From: Nocardioides sp.
GTDB taxonomy: Bacteria; Actinomycetota; Actinomycetes; Propionibacteriales; Nocardioidaceae
DNA length: 64,000 nucleotides
NCBI RefSeq assembly: GCF_014360585.1
Contig: NZ_JACIXG010000012.1
Span: 3,196-67,195 of the forward strand
Direction: 5' to 3'
The notes beneath the pieces were generated by a model, which worked only from the letters and a program-made list of their open reading frames with translations, made no database searches and had not been told where the DNA came from. This document shows, one piece after another, positions 1-9,205 of the stretch (its first letter is position 1; each line of letters opens with the position of its first letter). Position numbers and translations under genes: made by a program.

Positions 1-276
1 GCCGTAGTGGCGCTCGTTGAGGCGCCAGTCGCGGCGCACCGGGATCCAGTGGCGGTCGGCGACGTCGAGGGCGATGTTGGCGGTGGTGATCGCGCGGCGC
101 AGCAGGCTGGTGTGGACCAGGTCAGGAAGGATCCCGGCCTCGGTGAGCAACCTGCCGCCGTTGACGGCCTCATCCCGGCCCTTGTCGGTGAGGTCGACGT
201 CGACCCAGCCGGTGGAGAGGTTGAGCGCGTTCCACTCGCTCTGGCCGTGGCGCAGGAGGACGAGCTTGTAGGTCAT
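1..276 (-). CDS. gpmA: 2,3-bisphosphoglycerate-dependent phosphoglycerate mutase, N-terminal 92 codons (gene continues beyond window start)
   Basis: Own translation of minus strand from ATG 276-274: [29 protein letters not shown]...RLNERHYG; LRHGxSEWN histidine-phosphatase signature. Not in ORF track because no stop lies in the window. Confidence 0.85.
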   Translation of the reverse strand, partial: MTYKLVLLRHGQSEWNALNLSTGWVDVDLTDKGRDEAVNGGRLLTEAGILPDLVHTSLLRRAITTANIALDVADRHWIPVRRDWRLNERHYG

Positions 277-1067
277 CAGTGGGCTTCCTCGGCGCCGGCG
301 AGGGCAGCCGGGGGGAACTCACAGGAGTAGGGGTCCTCGGAGATCGAGCCGTGCTCACCCTCGGCGGCGTGCTCGTCTTCGGTGCCGTGCTCGCCCTCGG
401 TCGAGGTGTCGGCCGGCAGGGTCGAGACCTCCTCGGATCCTTCGGTGCCAGCCTCGCCGGAAGCTTCCTCGCCGGCAGCACCCTCGGACTCCTGAGCCTG
501 CGCGTTCTTGCCCTTCTTCGCGGGCTTCTCGGTCTCGCCGGCGGCGGCGACGACCTCGGCGTACGGACCGCACTGGGTGACCACCGGGACCGCGACGGTC
601 TTCTCCTCGCCCTCGGAGAAGGTGAAGGTCATCGGGATGCTGTCGCCCGGCTTGAAGTCGCCGGTGACCGGGATGCCGCCGATGGTCGGGTCAGCCAGGT
701 TGATGATGCCGCGGGTGGGCAGCTCGATCGGCGTGAACGACTCGGGCGTGACCGTCTCGGTGGCCTTGGGCGCCGTCTCGATCGAGGTGACCGACGGCAG
801 CGGCTTGCCGGCGACCGCCGGGTTGATCGCCGGGTCCAGCGAGAAGGTGCCGATCAGGACGCCGGAGCCCTCCTGCGCGGTCACGATGCGGGCTGCGTTG
901 ATCCGGACGGCGCCATCGAGCGTCGTGCCGCCGTGGATGATCTCGTTGGGCCGGTCGGTCGCGTAGTCGAAGCTGCTGCAGGCGGTGAGCGCCGGAAGGG
1001 CGAGAGCCACGAGGGCGCCCGTCACTGCGAGCCGCTTCTGCATAACCTTGGTCGTCACGCGCGACAC
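276..1067 (-). CDS. secreted lipoprotein with acidic Glu/Gly/Thr-rich C-terminal tail
   Basis: Signal peptide plus lipobox ([12 protein letters not shown]). Stop overlaps gpmA start (TGATG). No family recognised. Confidence 0.6.
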   Translation of the reverse strand: MSRVTTKVMQKRLAVTGALVALALPALTACSSFDYATDRPNEIIHGGTTLDGAVRINAARIVTAQEGSGVLIGTFSLDPAINPAVAGKPLPSVTSIETAPKATETVTPESFTPIELPTRGIINLADPTIGGIPVTGDFKPGDSIPMTFTFSEGEEKTVAVPVVTQCGPYAEVVAAAGETEKPAKKGKNAQAQESEGAAGEEASGEAGTEGSEEVSTLPADTSTEGEHGTEDEHAAEGEHGSISEDPYSCEFPPAALAGAEEAH

Positions 1068-1125
1068 TCTATCCGCCCGATCCGGCGATCTCAGAAAAGG
1101 GTCAGGGTCGCAGGTCAGACACCGC

Positions 1126-1989
1126 TCATGCGCGCAGTCCGACGACGCCCGCGACGTACAGCATCGCGCCTACCACGACGGCGAGGTAGACCAGCGTGAC
1201 GAGGAGGAGCTTCCCGGCTCCCAGCTTCAGGCCGGCCTTGAGGGGCAGGTACGTCCACCCGTCCGCGTTGTCGGCGACCAGGCCCCACAGGGCGGTCAGG
1301 AAATGTACGCCGAGACCCAGCGCCGCGGCGAGCGCGACCATCGCCCAGTGCGGCGGCCCGCCCGCGGCCTCGCCGGCCCAGCCCGCGTACGACAGGTATC
1401 CGGGGTAGCAGGCGAAGGCGGCGGCCCACGGGACCCAGGACAGCAGGCCCCTGCGCAGCAGTACGTTGGCGAGCATCCCGAACACCAGCGAACCCAGGTA
1501 GAACAGCCCCGCGACGGTGCCCGAGGTGACCGAGAGCGGAATCACGAGCAGTACGCCGCAGCACAACGCGAACCAGACGCCGCCAGGCTCGAGGCGGCCG
1601 TCGGAGATCGGTTTGCCCTCACGCTCGTGACGACGGTCGACGCCTTGGTCGACGAGGTCGTTGTGCCAGCCGAGGACGGCCTGGCCGACGAGGACGGTGA
1701 CCGCGATCAGCGCGACCTCGCGAGTCGCCAGCCCGGCGATGACGGCTGCCCCTGAGAGGCCGATGGCGGTCAGCACCGCCTGGCGCGGGTGGGCGGAACG
1801 GATGAGGAGGAGCGGGGCCCAGTTGCCGACCTTGGCCATGACGCCTTCTCTGCCCGCCGAGGCATCGGGAACGGCGGACGCGCTGGCCTGCGTCCGTTGC
1901 TGGTCCTGATCCTGGGCGTGCGGCGACACGGTGAAGATGGTCTTGGGGGCGCTCTGCGATGCATTCGCCATGGCGGCAGTATCGGGCAC
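1126..1989 (-). CDS. UbiA-family prenyltransferase-like polytopic membrane protein
   Basis: Multiple TM segments; NDxxDxxxD motif present (WHNDLVDQGVDRR). Alternative start at Met51 (coordinate 1839). Confidence 0.6.
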   Translation of the reverse strand: MPDTAAMANASQSAPKTIFTVSPHAQDQDQQRTQASASAVPDASAGREGVMAKVGNWAPLLLIRSAHPRQAVLTAIGLSGAAVIAGLATREVALIAVTVLVGQAVLGWHNDLVDQGVDRRHEREGKPISDGRLEPGGVWFALCCGVLLVIPLSVTSGTVAGLFYLGSLVFGMLANVLLRRGLLSWVPWAAAFACYPGYLSYAGWAGEAAGGPPHWAMVALAAALGLGVHFLTALWGLVADNADGWTYLPLKAGLKLGAGKLLLVTLVYLAVVVGAMLYVAGVVGLRA

Positions 1990-2206
1990 TGCGCCAAGCC
2001 GCGCAGGACAACAGGCTGGCTACGACGAGATTTCGGCCGGGTTTCGAAATCAGCCATGCTGCCACGCTTGACCGACCTGCGCGCGCGGAACCACACAACT
2101 TGTCGATCTGTCAACCCCTCAATAATGCCCTGACCTGCATAAACACGGAATCCGAATTCTAAGATCCGTGGTAGACTTGGTTCCCTAGGAAGGGGTACCT
2201 AAAAAT

Positions 2207-2692
2207 ATGACTTTCACCGTCGGCGAGACCGTCGTATACCCGAACCATGGCGCGGCCGTCATCGAAGACATCGAGATGCGCACCATCAAGGGCGAGGAGC
2301 GGCAGTATCTGGTCCTCCGCATCATCGCTCAGCAGGACCTCGTAGTGCGTGTTCCGGCCAACAACCTCGAGCTCGTCGGAGTTCGGGACGTCGTAGACAA
2401 GGACGGGCTTGATCGGGTCTTCGAGGTGCTTCGTGCGGAGCACGTCGAAGAGCCGACCAACTGGTCGCGCCGTTACAAGGCAAATCTGGAGAAGCTGCAC
2501 AGCGGCGATGTCATGAAGGTCGCCGAGGTCGTGCGTGACCTGTGGCGTCGTGAGCGTGACCGTGGCCTCTCCGCCGGGGAGAAGCGCATGCTCGCCAAGG
2601 CACGCCAGATCCTCGTATCGGAGCTCGCGCTGTGCGAGCACACCAACGAAGACAAGGCTGAAGTCCTCCTCGACGAGGTGCTGGCCAGCTGA
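2207..2692 (+). CDS. carD: CarD family RNA-polymerase-binding transcriptional regulator
   Basis: [23 protein letters not shown]...; typical CarD N-terminal Tudor-like and C-terminal helical region; conserved actinobacterial carD-ispD-ispF-cysS neighbourhood. Confidence 0.93.
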   Translation: MTFTVGETVVYPNHGAAVIEDIEMRTIKGEERQYLVLRIIAQQDLVVRVPANNLELVGVRDVVDKDGLDRVFEVLRAEHVEEPTNWSRRYKANLEKLHSGDVMKVAEVVRDLWRRERDRGLSAGEKRMLAKARQILVSELALCEHTNEDKAEVLLDEVLAS

Positions 2693-2712
2693 CGCTGGTC
2701 TCGGTCTGCGCG

Positions 2713-2750
2713 ACAGGCTCCGGGTCATCCCGGGGCCTGTTTCGCGTTTT
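2713..2750 (+). terminator. intrinsic terminator-like hairpin after carD
   Basis: ACAGGCTCCGGG-tcat-CCCGGGGCCTGT (11/12 bp) followed by TTCGCGTTTT. Confidence 0.55.
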
Positions 2751-2788
2751 AGTGGGCTCGTCGCCGGGTTGCCCGGCCAGCCGCTAGC

Positions 2789-3397
2789 GTGGCTGACATG
2801 GAGGATCCTTACGCCGACTACGACGAGATCGATGAGACAGCCGAGCTCCCGTCCGCGCTCGGGACGGTCGCCGAGGACGGCCGCGGATCGCTGCCGTTCG
2901 CGCTGATCCAGGGCGAGGCGCTGGTCGCCGCGGCGACCTGGTCCCTCGGGGAGTCCGGAGTGACCCCCGTCGACTTCACCGCATCCTGGGAAGGGATCGT
3001 GGCCGCCGAGGAGCCGTTGGTGCTCCACGACTCGCTGTGCCCGATGACCCCGCCGGCCTTCATCGTCCACTGCGTCTCGACCGCGCTCGAGCGTGAGGCG
3101 GTCGTGATCGGCGTACGCCCGGTCACCGACACGGTGAAGAAGCTCGCTGTCGAGGAGGGGATGCCGGTGCTCGGCGAGACCGTCGACCGCGACGCGATGG
3201 TCTCGGTCACCTCGCCGATCGTGCTGCCGCCGGCCGTCGTCGCCGCGCTGGACGACTGGCCGACCGGCGACTTCGCCGAGATCACGGCTGAGCTGGCCAG
3301 TCGGTTCCCGGTCGTCTCGATCGAGGCGCCGCCGATCGGTCGCCGAGTGGCCTCGGAGGAGGACATCCGCCTGCTCGAGGGGCTCGTGGTCAGCTGA
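2789..3397 (+). CDS. IspD-like (cytidylyltransferase fold) protein lacking the N-terminal glycine-rich CTP loop; possibly non-catalytic paralogue
   Basis: Retains LVLHDSLCPMTP (cf. VHDAARP), VRPVTDTVKK (cf. PVxDTxK) and a C-terminal IE...G.RV...EDI..LE segment. AAGxGxR/K is replaced by GRGSLPFALIQGEAL. Sits in the syntenic ispD slot after carD. Confidence 0.6.
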   Translation: MADMEDPYADYDEIDETAELPSALGTVAEDGRGSLPFALIQGEALVAAATWSLGESGVTPVDFTASWEGIVAAEEPLVLHDSLCPMTPPAFIVHCVSTALEREAVVIGVRPVTDTVKKLAVEEGMPVLGETVDRDAMVSVTSPIVLPPAVVAALDDWPTGDFAEITAELASRFPVVSIEAPPIGRRVASEEDIRLLEGLVVS

Positions 3398-4082
3398 GCA
3401 GTGCCCTGGCCGCGCGGAGATCGTCGGCGAACGTCACCTTGAGGTTCAGCTGAGTGCTGGGGACCGCGACGATGCGTACGCCGGGGGAGTAGCGCTCCAG
3501 GGTGGCGCCGGTGTCGGTTCCGTCGAAGCCGTCGGCCGACGCCTGCGCATAGGCGGCCAGGAGATCGGCCGCCCGGAAGGCCTGCGGCGTCTGTACGCCG
3601 ACGAGAGCACCGCGCACAGGCCGGAGGTCACGCGTCGAGAGGTGGGTGAGCGGGGCGGCGGGGATGGCGCCGCCGTGCTCGCGGGCGACGCCGATGACCG
3701 TTGTGTAGAGCTCGGGGGTGGCCAGCGGCCGGGCGGTGTCGTGGATCGCCACCACGTCGATCGCGCCGGCCTCGATGTCGGCCCGGAGCACCCCGAGCGC
3801 GACCTGCTCGGAGGCGTGGCGGGTCTCGCCGCCGGCGACCATCGCGACCTCGCGCTCACCGAGCAGAGGCTGAGCGACGGCCGCGACCGCCTCCTCGTCG
3901 CCGCTGCGTACGACCAGGACGACGCGGTGCACGTCGGGCACCTCGAGAGCCGTCCGGAGCGAGAGGCCGAGGGCCGAGGAGGCCGGATCGTCGGACCCGT
4001 CGAGCGGGAGCAGCACCTTGTTGGTGGCGGCTCCGACGCGGGTGCCGGAGCCGGCGGCCAGGAGTACGAGAGCGGCGGGCAC
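3390..4082 (-). CDS. ispD: 2-C-methyl-D-erythritol 4-phosphate cytidylyltransferase
   Basis: LLAAGSGTRVGAATNKVLLPL, AIHDTARPL, VQTPQAF motifs all present; opposite strand to the rest of the carD-cysS block. Confidence 0.88.
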   Translation of the reverse strand: MPAALVLLAAGSGTRVGAATNKVLLPLDGSDDPASSALGLSLRTALEVPDVHRVVLVVRSGDEEAVAAVAQPLLGEREVAMVAGGETRHASEQVALGVLRADIEAGAIDVVAIHDTARPLATPELYTTVIGVAREHGGAIPAAPLTHLSTRDLRPVRGALVGVQTPQAFRAADLLAAYAQASADGFDGTDTGATLERYSPGVRIVAVPSTQLNLKVTFADDLRAARALLS

Positions 4083-4218
4083 CCCAGGAGATTATCCGCT
4101 CGGCCGACAAGCTGGACCGATGGCCTGGGCGCTGGTGTTTACGCACCCGTTACAAACCGAAACAGGAGGCGACCACCACGCGCCCTACGGTCGGTTCCAC
4201 CGAAGGGAGGACCGACGT

Positions 4219-4254
4219 ATGTCGACGAAGCGGCTCGGGCCTGCGACGGCATGA
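4219..4254 (+). CDS. possible 11-codon leader ORF (MSTKRLGPATA) coupled to nirD-like gene
   Basis: Strong SD AAGGGAGG 8 nt upstream of ATG 4219; its TGA overlaps the nirD-like ATG (ATGA at 4251-4254). The nirD-like ATG has no SD of its own. Confidence 0.3.
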   Translation: MSTKRLGPATA

Positions 4255-4613
4255 GGGAGCGGATACCGCGGCATGAGGAGGGCGACTGGCAGCACGTCTG
4301 CCAGGTCGACGAGCTCGAGGTGAAGCGCGGCGCCACGGCGCTGGTCCACGGCCAGGCCGTCGCCATCTTCCGGATGCCCGACGACGTCGTCTACGCGCTG
4401 GGCAACCACGATCCGTTCGCCAAGGCGTCGGTGATCGCCAGGGGCATCGTCGGGGTCCGTGACGGGGTGCCGTTCGTGGCCTCGCCCGTCCACCGGCACG
4501 GGTTCGACCTGCGTACGGGACAGTGCCTGGACGACCCGCACGTGACCATCCCCGCCTACGAGGTCCGGGTCCTCGACGGCCTCGTCCAGGTCGGGCACCG
4601 GAAGACGACCTGA
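4251..4613 (+). CDS. nirD: NirD-like nitrite reductase small subunit / Rieske-fold protein
   Basis: WQHVCQVDELEVKRGATALVHGQAVAIFRMPDD.VYALGNHDPF..ASVIARGIVG......VASPVHRHGFDLRTGQCLDD; typical NirD. No nirB in the window. Confidence 0.75.
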   Translation: MRERIPRHEEGDWQHVCQVDELEVKRGATALVHGQAVAIFRMPDDVVYALGNHDPFAKASVIARGIVGVRDGVPFVASPVHRHGFDLRTGQCLDDPHVTIPAYEVRVLDGLVQVGHRKTT

Positions 4614-4652
4614 CTGCGTCCGATCGGCCGGGGATCTGGGAGACTGCGGAAC

Positions 4653-5132
4653 GTGCAGCTTCCTCTGGTCGGCATCGGGACCGACGTACACAGCCTTGCC
4701 GACGGTGTCCCGATGCACGTGGCCGGCCTGGCCTTTCCCGACGAGCTGCAGGGGCTGGCCGGACACTCCGACGGCGACGTCGCCGCCCACGCCTGCTGTG
4801 ACGCGCTCTTCTCCGCGGCCGGGCTCGGCGACCTGGGGTCGAACTTCGGCACCTCCGAGCCCGAGTGGGCCGGGGCAGCCGGGGTCGTCCTGCTGGCGGA
4901 GGCCGCGCGGCGGGTCCGCGAGGCCGGCTTCGAGATCGGCAACGTCGCGGTCCAGGTGATCGGCAACCGGCCCAAGATCGGTCCCCGGCGGGACGAGGCC
5001 AACCAAGCGCTCTCCACGGCGGCCGGCGCGTCAGTCACCGTGACGGCGACGACCACCGACGGGCTCGGGCTCACCGGACGCGGCGAGGGCGTCGCGGCGA
5101 TAGCAACCTCGCTCATCGTGCCACGCCGGTAG
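4653..5132 (+). CDS. ispF: 2-C-methyl-D-erythritol 2,4-cyclodiphosphate synthase
   Basis: GIGTDVHSL...[19 protein letters not shown]...GLGDLG..F; GTG start. Confidence 0.92.
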   Translation: MQLPLVGIGTDVHSLADGVPMHVAGLAFPDELQGLAGHSDGDVAAHACCDALFSAAGLGDLGSNFGTSEPEWAGAAGVVLLAEAARRVREAGFEIGNVAVQVIGNRPKIGPRRDEANQALSTAAGASVTVTATTTDGLGLTGRGEGVAAIATSLIVPRR

Positions 5133-5205
5133 CGCAAGCGCGAGGGTACCGACATGGCCCGATGAAATCTCCACCGTTCGCTCGCTGGCGCTCGCTCACC
5201 GTGCG
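5108..5205 (-). repeat. copy A of an about 83-nt dispersed element (reverse orientation) with flanking direct repeats
   Basis: Aligns with 57247-57347 and, reverse-complemented, with 29581-29681. Flanks CTCGCTCATCGTGCC (5108-5122) and CTCGCTCACCGTGCG (5191-5205), 13/15 identical, 83-nt spacing. 28-codon frame open on the minus strand, 5199 to 5113. Confidence 0.75.
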
Positions 5206-5248
5206 TCGCGATGGCTAGGGAACACCCGTACTTCCCTAGACTTGGAGC

Positions 5249-6673
5249 ATGGCACTCAGGCTCTATGACTCGGCGACCCGTGAAGTGCGTGACTTCACGC
5301 CCTTGCAGCCCGGCAAGGCGTCGCTCTATGTCTGTGGCCTGACGGTCCAGAGCGAGCCGCATGTCGGACATGTGCGGAGCGGGGTCAACTTCGACGTGCT
5401 GCAGCGCTGGCTGCGGGCATCGGGCTACGAGACCACGTTCATCCGCAACGTCACCGACATCGACGACAAGATCCTGGCGAAGTCGGCCGACCAGGGCCGC
5501 CCCTGGTACAACCTCGGCTACGAGATGCACCGCGAGCTCGACGCCGCCTACGCCTCGCTCAACGTCGCCCGGCCGACCTACGAGCCGCTGGCGACCGGCC
5601 ACATCCCCGAGATCGTCACGCTGATCGAGGAGCTGATCGCGAAGGGGCACGCCTACGCCGCCGAAGACGGTTCGGCAGACGTCTACTTCGACGTGCGCTC
5701 CTGGCCGAACTACGGCGAGCTCTCCGGACAGAAGGTCGAAGACATGGAGGCCGCCGCCGACGCCGACCCGCGGGGCAAGCGCGACCCGCGTGACTTCGCG
5801 CTCTGGAAGGGCCGCAAGGTCTCCGAGCCGGAGACCGCATCCTGGCCCTCGCCCTGGGGTCTGGGCCGACCCGGCTGGCACATCGAGTGCTCGGCGATGG
5901 CCGGGAAATACCTCGGCCCCGCCTTCGACTTCCACGGTGGCGGCCTGGACCTGCGCTTCCCGCACCACGAGAACGAGCAGGCGCAGTCACGCGCCGCCGG
6001 CCGTCCGTTCGCGAGCTTCTGGCTGCACAACGCCTGGATCACCACCTCCGGCGAGAAGATGTCGAAGTCGCTGGGCAACTCGCTGGTCATCCCGGAAGTC
6101 CTGAAGCAGGTACGCGGCATCGAGCTGCGCTACTACCTGGTCGCGGCCCACTACCGCTCCCACGTCGAGTTCTCCTTCGAGGCCCTCCATGAGGCGGCCG
6201 CCGGGTTCCAGCGGATCGAAGGCTTCCTGGAGCGGGCGGCGTCCGTCATCGGGGCCGACTCGGCGGAGGCCGGCGGGGCCAACGGCGTCCCGTGCGCCGA
6301 CTTCGTCAATGCCATGGACGACGACCTCGGCACTCCCGCCGCCGTCGCCGCCCTGCACGAGACCGTCCGCGAGGGCAACAAGCTGCTCGCGGACGGCGAC
6401 AGCCCGGCGCTGCGCGGGGTCGCCGCGAGCGTCCGGGCGATGCTGGACATCCTCGGCCTCGACCCCGCCGACCCCGCGTGGGGGCCGGCGCGCGGCGAGG
6501 ACGAGAAGCTGACCGGTGCGCTGGACGTACTGGTCCGCGGGGTCCTGGACGAGCGCGCGCAGGCGCGCGCCGCCAAGGACTGGGCCCGCGCTGATGCAAT
6601 GCGAGACCGGCTCAAGGAAGCCGGGATCGAGATCGAGGACACCCCTGAGGGTCCGAAATGGAGCGTTAACTGA
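5249..6673 (+). CDS. cysS: cysteine--tRNA ligase
   Basis: HVGH (HIGH) and KMSKS motifs; full-length class I aaRS. Confidence 0.96.
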   Translation: MALRLYDSATREVRDFTPLQPGKASLYVCGLTVQSEPHVGHVRSGVNFDVLQRWLRASGYETTFIRNVTDIDDKILAKSADQGRPWYNLGYEMHRELDAAYASLNVARPTYEPLATGHIPEIVTLIEELIAKGHAYAAEDGSADVYFDVRSWPNYGELSGQKVEDMEAAADADPRGKRDPRDFALWKGRKVSEPETASWPSPWGLGRPGWHIECSAMAGKYLGPAFDFHGGGLDLRFPHHENEQAQSRAAGRPFASFWLHNAWITTSGEKMSKSLGNSLVIPEVLKQVRGIELRYYLVAAHYRSHVEFSFEALHEAAAGFQRIEGFLERAASVIGADSAEAGGANGVPCADFVNAMDDDLGTPAAVAALHETVREGNKLLADGDSPALRGVAASVRAMLDILGLDPADPAWGPARGEDEKLTGALDVLVRGVLDERAQARAAKDWARADAMRDRLKEAGIEIEDTPEGPKWSVN

Positions 6674-7626
6674 TGGCAGGCAACTCCCAACGTCGCGGCG
6701 CGATCGCGAAGGGCCGTAAGAAGGGTGCCCAGGCCGGCACCGGCGGCAACCGGCGTAAGGGCCTGGAAGGCAAGGGTCCGACGCCGAAGGCGAAGGACCG
6801 GCCCTACCACAAGGCCCACAAGGCGGCTCAGGCCTCCGAGCAGCGCAACAAGGGCCCGCGCAAGCGGGCCGCCGGCGACGCGGAGTGGATCATCGGGCGC
6901 AACTCCGTGGTGGAGGCGCTGCGCGAGGACGTACCGGTCAACGGTCTCTACGTCGCCGAGGGCGCCGAGCGCGACGGGCGGCTGCGCGAGGCGTTCCTGC
7001 TCGCCTCCGAGAAGGGCATCTCGCTGCTCGAGGTGACCAAGATCGAGCTCGACCGGATGACCGGGTTCAACGGCCACCAGGGGCTGGCCGCGCGGATCCC
7101 CGCCTACGAGTACGCCCATGCCGACGACCTGCTCGACCGCGCTGCCGAGATCGGGGAGAAGCCGCTGATCGTGGTGCTCGACCAGATCACCGACCCGCGC
7201 AACCTGGGTGCCATCGTGCGTTCGGCCGCGGGCTTCGGCGCCCACGGCGTCGTGATCCCGGAGCGGCGTGCCGCCGGGATCACCGCCGCCGCCTGGAAGA
7301 CGAGTGCCGGCGCCGCGTCCCGGATCCCGGTCGCCCAGACGGTCAACCTGACCCGTCAGCTCAAGGCCTACCAGGAGGCCGGCTGCATGGTCGTCGGGCT
7401 CGACATGGAGGGCGACATCACGCTGCCCGAGCTGGGCGCCCCCGACGGTCTCGCCGACGGGCCGCTGGTGATCGTCGTCGGTGCCGAGGGCGGCGGGCTC
7501 TCGCGCCTGGTCCAGGAGACCTGCGACCAGATAGTGTCGATCCCGATGGCCAACTCAGTCGAGTCCCTCAACGCCGGCGTCGCTGCGTCGGTCGTGCTGT
7601 ACGCCGTCGCGGAGGCGCGGCGCTGA
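6673..7626 (+). CDS. rlmB: 23S rRNA (guanosine-2'-O)-methyltransferase RlmB (SpoU/TrmH family) with basic N-terminal extension
   Basis: SpoU substrate-binding and methylase domains (LDQITDPRNLGAIVRSA, VVGAEGGGLS, IPMANSVESLNAGVAASVVLY). Start overlaps the cysS stop. Confidence 0.9.
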   Translation: MAGNSQRRGAIAKGRKKGAQAGTGGNRRKGLEGKGPTPKAKDRPYHKAHKAAQASEQRNKGPRKRAAGDAEWIIGRNSVVEALREDVPVNGLYVAEGAERDGRLREAFLLASEKGISLLEVTKIELDRMTGFNGHQGLAARIPAYEYAHADDLLDRAAEIGEKPLIVVLDQITDPRNLGAIVRSAAGFGAHGVVIPERRAAGITAAAWKTSAGAASRIPVAQTVNLTRQLKAYQEAGCMVVGLDMEGDITLPELGAPDGLADGPLVIVVGAEGGGLSRLVQETCDQIVSIPMANSVESLNAGVAASVVLYAVAEARR

Positions 7627-7679
7627 TCTCTCGCCGAACTCTGCTCCGTGGCCTCGCCGTCTGGGCGGGGCTAGGCGCG

Positions 7680-9203
7680 TTGTGGCTCGTGCTCGCCGCG
7701 TTGGTGAGCACGTGGCTCTTCCTGTCCAGCGAGCGCCAGGTGGTCCTGGCCGGTCACGACTCGGTCCTGCGCCCGACGCTGTCGGGCAAGGCGATCATCC
7801 ACACCGGACCGGTGCTCCCCGACGTACGTCTGGATGTCGACGGCCCGGTCGGTGTCGACGTCACCCTCGGGAAGACCGAGCTGAGATCGATGGACGAGCT
7901 CTTCGAGCGCTACGCGGTGCTCGGCTCTGCGCCCGACGGCCAGCGTGCCGTCGTGGTGGAGAAGGTCGAGTCGATGCTCGTGGCGGCGCTGCTCCGTGGC
8001 GCCGCGATCTCCTTGACGATCGTCGGCGGCGTGGTGCTGATCTGGTGGCTTCCCGGTCCATCGCGCCGCGCTGACCTGCGCGGACGGATGTCCGCAGCGA
8101 CCCGGACGAGACGCGGACTCACCGCTGCCGGCGTCGTCGTGGTGACGGTGTCGCTGCTCGCGGTCGCGGTCTGGCAGCCCTGGGGCGAGTCCATCGCGCC
8201 CGCGTCAGACAAGGAGGCCGGCCCGGTCTCCGGTGACTGGAGCCTGCTGGCCGACTTCCTCGGTCCGGAGATCCCGGTGCCCGACGAGCTGGCCGGGGTG
8301 GAGGTCCGTGGCGATGCCTACGCCAACCAGACCCGTCGGCTGGTGGCCAGCGCCGTCGACACCTACAACTCCAGCCGGACCTTCTACGAGAAGGTCGTCG
8401 AGAAGGTCCCGGACCTGGAGTTGCGGGAGCCGGCCGAGGACGAGACGGTGGTGGCCCTGGTCTCCGACCGGCACGACAACATCGGCATGGACTCGGTGGT
8501 GCGTGCGATCGCCGACGGGGGCGGGGCGACCGGCATCCTCGGCGGCGGCGACGACACCTCGACCGGGTCCGACTGGGAGACCTTCTCCCTCGACTCCCTG
8601 ACCGACGCGAGCGACGGCCTGGACAAGTGGGCGGTCACCGGCAACCACGATCACGGCCCGACGGTCGGCGACTACCTGGCCGACAAGGGCTGGACCATGC
8701 TCGAGGGCGAGGTCGTCGACGGTCCCGGCGGCTCGACGCTCCTCGGTGCCCCCGACCCTCGCACCAGCGGCCTCGGCAACTGGATCGACGAGAAGGGCGT
8801 CAGCCTCGAGGAGGCCGGCTCGAAGCTGGCCGACATCGCCTGTGCGTCGAAGGAGGAGGGCGAACCGGTCGCGACCCTCCTAGTCCACGACCCGGCGCTG
8901 GGGCGCGAGACCCTGAGCCGGGGCTGCGCGACCCTCGTCGTCGGCGGCCACCGCCACGTCCACCATGGCCCGACCGAGGTGACCGGCGAGAACGGTGAGA
9001 CCGGCTGGACCTACACCAACGGCACCACGGGCGGCGCTGCGTACGCCTTCGCGATGGGCAAGATCCGCCGCACCGCCGAGGTCACCCTGATCACCTACGC
9101 CGACGAGCTCCCCGTCGGCCTCCAGTCGGTCGAGCTGGAGACCAACGGGGCCCTCACCGCCCACGAGTACGTCCCGCTGGAACGCCCCGCAGAGAGCGAG
9201 TGA
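7680..9203 (+). CDS. membrane-anchored metallophosphoesterase
   Basis: N-terminal TM segments; SDRHDN, GGGDD, TGNHDH, GGHRHVHH calcineurin-like motifs. Start uncertain: TTG 7680 chosen. The ORF-track start 6885 lies inside rlmB in another frame. Confidence 0.7.
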   Translation: MWLVLAALVSTWLFLSSERQVVLAGHDSVLRPTLSGKAIIHTGPVLPDVRLDVDGPVGVDVTLGKTELRSMDELFERYAVLGSAPDGQRAVVVEKVESMLVAALLRGAAISLTIVGGVVLIWWLPGPSRRADLRGRMSAATRTRRGLTAAGVVVVTVSLLAVAVWQPWGESIAPASDKEAGPVSGDWSLLADFLGPEIPVPDELAGVEVRGDAYANQTRRLVASAVDTYNSSRTFYEKVVEKVPDLELREPAEDETVVALVSDRHDNIGMDSVVRAIADGGGATGILGGGDDTSTGSDWETFSLDSLTDASDGLDKWAVTGNHDHGPTVGDYLADKGWTMLEGEVVDGPGGSTLLGAPDPRTSGLGNWIDEKGVSLEEAGSKLADIACASKEEGEPVATLLVHDPALGRETLSRGCATLVVGGHRHVHHGPTEVTGENGETGWTYTNGTTGGAAYAFAMGKIRRTAEVTLITYADELPVGLQSVELETNGALTAHEYVPLERPAESE

Positions 9204-9205
9204 GG

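Noticed and set aside
6885-7679. N-terminal 260 or so codons of ORF 6885-9203, read as part of the metallophosphoesterase.
   Set aside because: This stretch lies inside rlmB in another frame and is Arg/Pro-rich. The phosphoesterase TM and catalytic part begins only after the rlmB stop. The start is therefore placed at TTG 7680, which is still uncertain.
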